The notes under the pieces were generated by a model, which was given only the letters and a program-made list of their open reading frames with translations, did not search any database and was not told the origin of the DNA. The translations under genes and the position numbers were made by a program. Positions 57,538 through 64,000 of a stretch of 64,000 nt of DNA are shown here, piece by piece; positions within the stretch are counted from its first letter, which is position 1, and every line of letters starts with the position of its first letter. The stretch comes from a virus: the IMG/VR virus record IMGVR_UViG_3300010389_000004, positions 1 through 64,000 of that record; one strand, given 5' to 3'.

Positions 57538-57576
57538 ACAAAAGATACGAGGGAGAACAGAGTCTCCCTCGTATCT
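57538..57576 (-). terminator. Intrinsic terminator
   Basis: agatacgagggaga/tctccctcgtatct stem plus U run. Confidence 0.7.
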
Positions 57577-57598
57577 CAGCAAATGCGGCTCCGCAATT

Positions 57599-57970
57599 CT
57601 ACTTGGGCATGGGCGGGGCACCCGCTTGGGATGCCGGCGACATGTTCGCGTTGTCGGCGCCTGGGGCACCCCCAGCGGCAGGCGGGGCGGTCACGCCAGT
57701 TTCGATCTCTTGCTTGGCTTCGGCGAGGTTCGTCAAACCAACTTCGATCTTGGCAACGGTCTCCTCAGAAACCGCGGGGTCGGCTTCAGCAACCTTGTGG
57801 GCTTCCAGGCCGGCAGCCTGCGCAACCGTCAAAGCCTCAGTTGCCTTCTTCGCAGATTCCGCATCCGTCGCCGGCGGCTTGTCAGCAGCGGGTTGGGCAG
57901 CGGGTTGACCGGGCTGGGGAACGGTCGGAGGGACCTGCTTCCCGGCACCTTGGGTAGGCGCATCGTTCAT
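57599..57970 (-). CDS. Pro/Ala-rich low-complexity protein
   Basis: AGGAG SD before ATG 57970; followed by terminator. Confidence 0.7.
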   Translation of the reverse strand: MNDAPTQGAGKQVPPTVPQPGQPAAQPAADKPPATDAESAKKATEALTVAQAAGLEAHKVAEADPAVSEETVAKIEVGLTNLAEAKQEIETGVTAPPAAGGAPGADNANMSPASQAGAPPMPK

Positions 57971-58036
57971 GTGATTCTCCTGGTTCAAGAATTACGTTGG
58001 GCTTCTCCCAAACATACGGTCGGGAAACGACCTCCA

Positions 58037-60007
58037 TCAGCCCATCCTAGCGTTGATGTACGCTTGGTGGAAGTCGTTATCTGTCTCCTGACGGTTGTGC
58101 TCAACCTTGGCGTAGAGTGCTGGGTTTGAACGCACCATCTCTTCCAAAGCGGCTTGTGCGCCAAGACCTCGTGAGACGTTGAAGGACATTCTCTGTAGAA
58201 CAGCCAAGCCATCCACAATTGAGTCCACACAGTCATCGTGAGCGCCTGAAGGGAAAGCACACAGCTCGTCGATCGCTGCGTCAACCGAGGGGTTACGCTG
58301 CCCTGGCAGCAGATTGAAGGGCGCTGCCCATTCCCCACGTTCGAAAATGGGAGAAACGCCGAGGGCTCGGGTGGTCTTTGAATTGTTCCCGCGCTTCACC
58401 TCATACACCGGAGCGTGAAACCCAAGGCGGATGCTCAACTCATTGAGGGAATCAGCCAAGGCTTTTTGGAATGCCACGGATTCCACGAGAAAACCCAGGT
58501 GATGGAACGCGAATGCTTCCTCAGCGACGCCCTTACCCACCGTACCTGATCCCCAATACGACGCGCCTACTCGATTCGAGTAATAGACGTAGTGCTTGAA
58601 CATCAACATCATGATGCCAGCCATCGTGGTTCTGACGCGATCGACATCAAGCAGGTAGTATTTGCGTGTGCGGATTGAATAGCCCTGGGTGACGATAGCC
58701 GTGAAGTCATTATCGGCTTCTTCTGCACGCTTACCTCGTGAACCAGCAGGGTCCAATGAGGTAATGCAGATCAGGTCATCAGGCAGAACCTCCAGATTGA
58801 GGTTATTCATTTCCAGGTGGCGGAGTACGTTATCAGGTAATTCCTCACCCTTGCGCACCCAATACTTGATCCATGCTCGGTGGACGTATTTCGTTGCGTC
58901 ATCCACAGGCTCCAGCATGAATTCCTTCTGGAAAGCCCGAGACCCCAAGTCTCTCAATTTCCAGGATAGGTACGGGAGGTAGTAGATCGGCTGATTGGTC
59001 GCTTGCCGGTAAGCGAGTTCGGATTCGGTGAGTGGGTTACGCCATTCATCAATTGGGCGTAGAGGATCCATCGCTCCGTACTTTTGCTCCCACAACGGGT
59101 TTATGGGCAAGCCTTGCTCAGTGAATCCCTCACACGCTGGTTGCTTCGTCTTGATCCAGTTCGTTGTCCTGCGCTTGTCTTTCCATAAGCGCATAACCAG
59201 ATCGTCCTCATGCACGGTCGTACCGATGACGATGATATTGCCCACGCCAAGAGAGGGCACGTTGGATAGCGCTCCCCAGAACCAGTCCCATAACGACTCT
59301 CTAACCTTCACTGATTTGACGTGCTTGTCCTCAATGATGTCATCCAAGATGAGTAGGTCAGGACGCACGGATACCAGGTTGTTATAGATCGGCTGACCAT
59401 ACCGGTTCTTGGTGACGTAGCCTGAAGGCAAGTCATCCGGGAAGGACTCGTTGGCACCACGGAGCGCACCACCTGTTGAAGCTGAGAATACGGCTACCTG
59501 GTTGGTGGTTCTCAGGTACTTGTGACGCCAGCCTTGCTTCTTGGCTCCGCCAGTTTCGGTGTCGCCTACCAAGTCTCCGAAAGCCTTTCGGATTACCTCG
59601 TTCTGCTCAAGCTCCATTCGAATCTTGCCAAGGAAGCGCTCAGCGTTTCCTGACGTGCTGGAGATGACGCCGATGTACCGACGCTTGCGGTAGCAGACGC
59701 ACCAGAGCACATACGCAAAAGAGACCACGGTGGATTTGCCGTGATCTCGTGGAACGAGCTTCAGGAGGTGTTTGCCGTTCTTGAGTGTTTGTAGGTCTTG
59801 GATCAACCCCGAGTGAAAGGGTGCGAAGTGCTCTGAGAAGTGACCCGCCAGGAATACCCTACAGAACATCTTGAACGAGCCAGCACACAGCAAGGTCCAC
59901 TCTTTGAGAGTGTACTTGGAGAAGTCAACCTTGACCGGATCGAGGACGGCTGGGGACATACTGCTTTTCTCTACGACGACAACAGAGACCGAATAGAGTG
60001 CCGTCAT
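58037..60007 (-). CDS. terL: Terminase large subunit
   Basis: PRDHGKST Walker A, LLILDDIIED Walker B, VIGT, FQKEFM, SLDPA, DNDFTA, FPSGAHDDCVDS; start may be 59959. Confidence 0.95.
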   Translation of the reverse strand: MTALYSVSVVVVEKSSMSPAVLDPVKVDFSKYTLKEWTLLCAGSFKMFCRVFLAGHFSEHFAPFHSGLIQDLQTLKNGKHLLKLVPRDHGKSTVVSFAYVLWCVCYRKRRYIGVISSTSGNAERFLGKIRMELEQNEVIRKAFGDLVGDTETGGAKKQGWRHKYLRTTNQVAVFSASTGGALRGANESFPDDLPSGYVTKNRYGQPIYNNLVSVRPDLLILDDIIEDKHVKSVKVRESLWDWFWGALSNVPSLGVGNIIVIGTTVHEDDLVMRLWKDKRRTTNWIKTKQPACEGFTEQGLPINPLWEQKYGAMDPLRPIDEWRNPLTESELAYRQATNQPIYYLPYLSWKLRDLGSRAFQKEFMLEPVDDATKYVHRAWIKYWVRKGEELPDNVLRHLEMNNLNLEVLPDDLICITSLDPAGSRGKRAEEADNDFTAIVTQGYSIRTRKYYLLDVDRVRTTMAGIMMLMFKHYVYYSNRVGASYWGSGTVGKGVAEEAFAFHHLGFLVESVAFQKALADSLNELSIRLGFHAPVYEVKRGNNSKTTRALGVSPIFERGEWAAPFNLLPGQRNPSVDAAIDELCAFPSGAHDDCVDSIVDGLAVLQRMSFNVSRGLGAQAALEEMVRSNPALYAKVEHNRQETDNDFHQAYINARMG

Positions 60008-60021
60008 AGTGCGGGTGTGTC

Positions 60022-60516
60022 AAATGAGAAAGCCCGGACCGGGCGAGGAGATCCGGGCTTCTCGATGCAGGCTCGCGCAGGGAAGAGCTGCAAGCCTGCT
60101 TGGTGCAGGAGACACGGGCAACGTCTCCTGTTTGGGTCTCCCCTCCCACCACAGATGGGAGACCCGTCTGCTCGTCTCGGGGCTAGGAGACGAGCAAGGT
60201 GAGGGTGGTAGAGTGTTGGGGGCTACCACCCTTGTGAGACTGCCTGCCTTTCCCCGTGCGGGCAGTCTCGTGTCGGCATTCTCCACAGGGATGCGAAACC
60301 TGCGTGCTCCTGCCGACAAAATAAGGAGCGGGTGAGTGGCTGATGAGGTGCAGATGACCACCCACCCTGAACCCCGTGGTGACTCCTCATGACGGTCTGT
60401 GTGTGCGTTCCACACCATGAGAAGTTGTACCTACACAGTACGAGGGTCTGAGGGTAAGTTACGTTTACTGAGTTCCTCATGCAATAGGAAAAGCCGTCCA
60501 TGGGCAGGACGGCTCT
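60022..60516 (-). ncRNA. Candidate large multi-hairpin non-coding RNA
   Basis: 11 stems of 8-11 bp; G-U pairs mostly favour the minus strand; bounded by two terminator-like hairpins; no credible ORF. Confidence 0.65.
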
Positions 60517-60623
60517 CACTACGGGCTGTAACTACGAGTTGAGTGCAGCGATGACCTGGACAGCGTTGGGTGGAACACTCGGTCTTTCTCGCCCATTATC
60601 GTAGCCAGGCTCCTGAGGGTTGC

Positions 60624-60815
60624 TCAATACTCGAACTCGCCCACCCACTTCCTACGCAACAGCGCCTCACGCGTTGACTGATGCATCAGCTTTACCAGGG
60701 CATCATCTTGTCGCTCGGCTTCCTCATACCACTCCCCTATCGAGTAGAATTCTGGCTGGTCGGAGTCTTCAGGCAGCAGCCAGGCGAACACTGAAGCTGT
60801 TGCGTCGTAGCCCAC
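60624..60815 (-). CDS. Small hypothetical protein
   Basis: GTG start with GGAG SD. Confidence 0.55.
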   Translation of the reverse strand: MGYDATASVFAWLLPEDSDQPEFYSIGEWYEEAERQDDALVKLMHQSTREALLRRKWVGEFEY

Positions 60816-60819
60816 GAAT

Positions 60820-60969
60820 TCATTCTCCCAGGTTATTGACCTTTTCCAGGGCGTTCAGCAGAGAGTCGTATACCGGCGCCCACTTCTCGCGCTCCTCGGC
60901 GCCTTTGTTCATGATTGCGTCTACTGACCCAATCAGCTTGGTGATTTCTCTGGCGATATCATCTGACAT
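60820..60969 (-). CDS. 49-aa protein not in the ORF track (MSDDIAREITKLIG...)
   Basis: GAGG SD, overlaps the upstream stop, fills the gap. Confidence 0.6.
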   Translation of the reverse strand: MSDDIAREITKLIGSVDAIMNKGAEEREKWAPVYDSLLNALEKVNNLGE

Positions 60970-61396
60970 TGAGTGCGTCCTCGATCAACTCAATCAGAGG
61001 GAGGTGGATTTGAATGCCATGCGCTCTGTATTCGACCCCCGAGTGTTTACCCAGTACCTGCGCTGAAGCACACCAGACCTCTTGGGGGTCTGTATCGTTT
61101 GGAGATTTGATAAGGCGACGCACAAACTCCAGCTTGAGAGAAAAGAGCTTACCGATACTCGCTAGCCTCAGCAGCATGTCATAACAGAGTATGGCATAAG
61201 CGACTTCAGGAGGACACGACGCGAAAATCCCTATACCCTCTTCTCCTTTTCCCTCACCACGACGGTCTGCTACCAAGGCTTCGCCGAATCCCCAGAGGAT
61301 CCCCATATTGCCGGCGCCGCCCCCAAACTCGGGCAAATCCCACTCCAGTTTCGTGTACAGGTCGGTGATGTCCGCCAGGGCTTGTTTGAAATCCAC
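60959..61396 (-). CDS. Hypothetical protein
   Basis: Packed minus-strand ORF. Confidence 0.65.
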   Translation of the reverse strand: MDFKQALADITDLYTKLEWDLPEFGGGAGNMGILWGFGEALVADRRGEGKGEEGIGIFASCPPEVAYAILCYDMLLRLASIGKLFSLKLEFVRRLIKSPNDTDPQEVWCASAQVLGKHSGVEYRAHGIQIHLPLIELIEDALNVR

Positions 61397-61398
61397 AG

Positions 61399-61653
61399 CT
61401 ATTCCATTTCATGCAAGAGATCTACTGACCGGAGGAGTTTGGTCTTCAGGAGGTCAGGTAGGTTTTTGTGCTCCGCCGATTCCTGACAACCAGCCTTCTC
61501 CAACGTATCCAACATATCGAGAAACGTGGAGAGCTTTTCTGGGTAAGGTAATACCAACACGCCTGTTTTGCGAGCCTTCCTGACCCGCTCGATCATGTCC
61601 GATAGGGAGATGATATCGCCTGGTCTTCCACCTCTACCTTTGGGCATCGTCAT
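61399..61653 (-). CDS. Hypothetical protein
   Basis: Packed minus-strand ORF. Confidence 0.55.
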   Translation of the reverse strand: MTMPKGRGGRPGDIISLSDMIERVRKARKTGVLVLPYPEKLSTFLDMLDTLEKAGCQESAEHKNLPDLLKTKLLRSVDLLHEME

Positions 61654-62131
61654 TACCCCAAGCTTTTATTTCTGGAGTCCCCTCAGAAACGTCCACTGAG
61701 AGAAAGACGCGATGGTCTTCTCGCATTCGACAGGTGTATTGTCTGATTACGGACATGTACGCTCGGTGGGGGTATTCGCCAGAAATGTTGTAGCTCCCCA
61801 TGTCCTCTACTGCGTTATCGTAGAAATACACTTTGCCCACCAGTGCTTCCCTGTTTGGGAGTTCTTTATTGATGACGATATGCCCGCACTTCAGCGTATG
61901 GACTACTTCAAAAGCCCAATTCATCAGGTCAAACGTGAAGAGTGCGATAGCAGCGTCATCAGAAATACCTTGTGGTTGTCCGTCGTTCCCGACAGTCGCG
62001 TGAAACCTTCCCCAGAAGAAGTAAGCGGGCAAAGAAGACTTGACCGGGCTCGTCTTGCCATAATCAGGCTGCTCACGGTTATGCTCTTCGTAGAAGCTCT
62101 TGATATCTCGTAGTTCTTGTCCGTGGTTCAT
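61634..62131 (-). CDS. Hypothetical protein (possibly distantly related to 60959-61396)
   Basis: ATGA-coupled start at 62131; AAIALFTFDLM resembles VAYAILCYDML. Confidence 0.65.
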   Translation of the reverse strand: MNHGQELRDIKSFYEEHNREQPDYGKTSPVKSSLPAYFFWGRFHATVGNDGQPQGISDDAAIALFTFDLMNWAFEVVHTLKCGHIVINKELPNREALVGKVYFYDNAVEDMGSYNISGEYPHRAYMSVIRQYTCRMREDHRVFLSVDVSEGTPEIKAWGNDDAQR

Positions 62132-62307
62132 AGGTCGTTCAGATCCTCCGCTACTTCCCACAGCTCAGTACCCACGATCCGCGCTTCCCAGGTTCCCACA
62201 CTACCTGCGGGGTATGTCCACTGACGGTCTACGCATTTCACGGACACCTCTACACCCAAGACGTCTGACAGCAGAGCAGCGGCTTCTTCGTCAAAGTAAC
62301 TGGTCAT
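62128..62307 (-). CDS. 59-aa protein not in the ORF track (MTSYFDEEAAALLS...)
   Basis: GAGGAG SD, ATGA overlap with the next gene. Confidence 0.65.
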   Translation of the reverse strand: MTSYFDEEAAALLSDVLGVEVSVKCVDRQWTYPAGSVGTWEARIVGTELWEVAEDLNDL

Positions 62308-62308
62308 A

Positions 62309-62498
62309 CTACAGGGACTCCTCTGGCTGCTGCTCCTCGGGGTTATCCCGGAGGTATTCAGCGTAGGGTCTTAGGTCTTAGGTCCTTCCTCCAGGTGTCT
62401 GGCTTGGTGATGTAGGTTTCCTTGATACCAAGTCTCTTGGCTTCCCTCACCAGATACCTGCACATCTCATCCCACTTCTCTGCTTTCACGTCCATCAT
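62309..62498 (-). pseudogene. Small gene frameshifted by a 7-bp tandem duplication
   Basis: ttaggtc x2 at 62371-62384; removing one copy extends the 46-aa ORF to 60 aa ending 1 nt before the next ATG. Confidence 0.6.
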
Positions 62499-62524
62499 TT
62501 ACTCCTGCTGGTGTTCGTAGGGTG

Positions 62525-62719
62525 TCACACACCGCCGCGTTTGCGTTTCTTACGCCTGGAAATCAGGCGGGCCATTTCTCGACGAATCTCTCGATTAGAG
62601 GTAGTTGATTTGTAGCCATGCGGGGTTGCTACCCTGAGATGCCCACCGCGCCTTTTGCGGATGTTTTCAATGGCTTCTGAGCGTAGTTGCGCGTGGTCAA
62701 TACCGTCACCCTGACTCAT
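62525..62719 (-). CDS. Small basic hypothetical protein
   Basis: Arg/Lys-rich, overlaps the upstream gene. Confidence 0.6.
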   Translation of the reverse strand: MSQGDGIDHAQLRSEAIENIRKRRGGHLRVATPHGYKSTTSNREIRREMARLISRRKKRKRGGV

Positions 62720-63008
62720 TCTCTTTTCCTTCCTTGAGTTTGTGGTACAGGTCTTCGCCTTTTTGCGTTAGCTCCCAATGTTTGGACTCACCAGGTCTCA
62801 TGGCGTTGACGTCCCAAACATACCCTAGCCTGTCCAGAGCATGACAATGCCTCGTGACAAGAGATCGTCGGGCGGAATCAGCACGCACCCCTGCGGGGCG
62901 CCCACCACGAGGCCACATTGCCCTAGCCAGGTCAATCGTGTATTTGCGCCCGTCGCCGATCGCCAATAGCAGCTTTTCTTTGAAGGGCGTGAGCGGAACG
63001 GTGGTCAT
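62706..63008 (-). CDS. Small winged-helix-like DNA-binding protein
   Basis: TIDLARAM...CHALDRLGYV...WELTQKGED. Confidence 0.55.
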   Translation of the reverse strand: MTTVPLTPFKEKLLLAIGDGRKYTIDLARAMWPRGGRPAGVRADSARRSLVTRHCHALDRLGYVWDVNAMRPGESKHWELTQKGEDLYHKLKEGKENESG

Positions 63009-63592
63009 TCGGCTTCCTCGTTTTCAAGATCCGCCTTCGCTTTGGTAATCAAGCGATCCATGTGCTTATCAAGCGTACCGTCGAATACCTTTTGGAAGGC
63101 AGCAACCCCTCTCGCAACTGCGTCAGAATCTTCCCCCGAAAGCTCCTGCACCCACTTCTTCAAGTCCTCGGCGAGAGGCTTGTTCTCCGTTAGACAGGCG
63201 TAGGCCAAAATAGCCGCCCGAGCCGCAGCGTCCTTCTCCGGCTTCAGTACAAAGTAGCTGTCTTCCGCCGGCGTGCCGTCTTGCTTGGTGATGTCGTACT
63301 TCTGGTAGAGGCCGCGAGGTGCTTGGTGAATCTCCAGTCGGTCTGGGTCATCGTCTTCAGCCCACCGCACGAACTCAACCAATAGGCAGTTGCACTGGCA
63401 GTCCTCAAGCTCGGCCGCTTCTCTTTCCAAGCGGTCGCGCAAATGGTTCTCGACGAGCTTCGCGGTGTTGCTCCCACAGTACGACGTCCCGTTACCCCAG
63501 AAAGCCAGCCGTTCTGGATCCGCGGCCATCCCCTCGGAGATGTCCATCTTCATGTTCAAGGACACCTTCACGATTGCTTTTCGGATCTTCAT
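63005..63592 (-). CDS. Phage hypothetical protein (two-domain)
   Basis: C-terminal GLYQKY...YFVLKPEKDAAARAAILAYA pattern common in phage hypotheticals. Confidence 0.7.
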   Translation of the reverse strand: MKIRKAIVKVSLNMKMDISEGMAADPERLAFWGNGTSYCGSNTAKLVENHLRDRLEREAAELEDCQCNCLLVEFVRWAEDDDPDRLEIHQAPRGLYQKYDITKQDGTPAEDSYFVLKPEKDAAARAAILAYACLTENKPLAEDLKKWVQELSGEDSDAVARGVAAFQKVFDGTLDKHMDRLITKAKADLENEEAE

Positions 63593-63846
63593 ACCTCACC
63601 CTTCTCGTCGCCTTCGTCGTCCAGTTCCACGGTGTTACCCAACATAGTCTCCGCAATGAGATCACAGGCGAAGGTAGCAGCCCCCAAACACTCGTAGGGA
63701 GAACCACCCTTCAACACCGAAGAGGCGTACCGCTCGTGCTTACTGAATATCACCGCAAGCACAAAGGAGCTAATGAGCTTACGACGCCCCAGCTCTTGAG
63801 CGATCTGTTCCAAAGTTGCTTCACCCAGGGGCGTATCCATCTCCAT
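63589..63846 (-). CDS. Hypothetical protein
   Basis: SD and ATGA overlap. Confidence 0.65.
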   Translation of the reverse strand: MEMDTPLGEATLEQIAQELGRRKLISSFVLAVIFSKHERYASSVLKGGSPYECLGAATFACDLIAETMLGNTVELDDEGDEKGEV

Positions 63847-63854
63847 GTCAGTCC

Positions 63855-64000
63855 TTACTCTTTATCAAAACCAAAGAACGCCCGAAGCCTGGCCAAACAC
63901 GCCGTCCAAGCAGCCCCGTCGAGCTTATGGATAGCGTCATAGAGGACACGGGTTTCGGGGTGGTCAAAGCTCCGGTGAATTCCGACACCTAGTTGGCTCT
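63855..64000 (-). CDS. Partial CDS running off the window
   Basis: Open frame ...HRSFDHPETRVLYDAIHKL...FDKE-stop. Confidence 0.55.
   Translation of the reverse strand, partial: SQLGVGIHRSFDHPETRVLYDAIHKLDGAAWTACLARLRAFFGFDKE

Noticed and set aside
60290-60352. Hammerhead ribozyme (CGAAAC...CUGAUGAG on plus)
   Set aside because: Cleavage triplet would be GUG rather than NUH, stem I cannot form and stem II mismatches
60009-60519. ORFs of 60-132 aa across the hairpin array
   Set aside because: Several overlapping frames on both strands, no good SD, non-protein-like composition
60026-60580. CsrA/RsmA sponge (GGA motifs on plus)
   Set aside because: GGA count is near chance for this GC content, many lie in stems, and wobble pairs favour the minus strand
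1-64000. Stop-codon recoding, tRNAs, DGR/reverse transcriptase, integrase, DNA polymerase
   Set aside because: Genes tile densely under the standard code, and no cloverleaf, YxDD RT motif, TR/VR pair, recombinase or polymerase motifs were recognised

Overview
A 64-kb segment of a large tailed dsDNA phage or prophage with long-tailed, siphovirus-like gene content. Host unknown; standard genetic code. Left part (0.2-13.3 kb): a divergent replication/recombination module. Leftward: hypothetical, DnaB-like helicase, primase. Rightward: HTH initiator plus iteron-like repeats, UvsW-like SF2 helicase, RecA-like protein, 5'-3' exonuclease, SbcD/SbcC, RuvC-like resolvase and a sigma-like factor. Middle (13.3-60 kb, all minus strand): the virion module, reading terL, fibre-like genes, portal, repeat protein, holin and lipoprotein, MuF, scaffold, major capsid, neck genes, tail tube, frameshifted tail chaperone, a ~3,500-aa tape measure, and tail-tip/beta-propeller genes. 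Right end: small hypothetical genes. Most notable observations: (1) a ~500-nt run of 11 back-to-back hairpins, mostly with C-rich loops, directly upstream of terL where a small terminase gene would often sit (candidate large ncRNA); (2) a structured leader ahead of the helicase-primase operon whose terminator loop is a perfect 10-nt complement of an upstream loop; (3) three paralogous helical proteins among the neck genes, two with a variable hydrophobic hairpin and one without (candidate multi-component membrane channel or ejection system); (4) a sigma region 2 apparently fused to a Mor-like C-terminus. All product calls come from motif recognition by eye; no searches were run.
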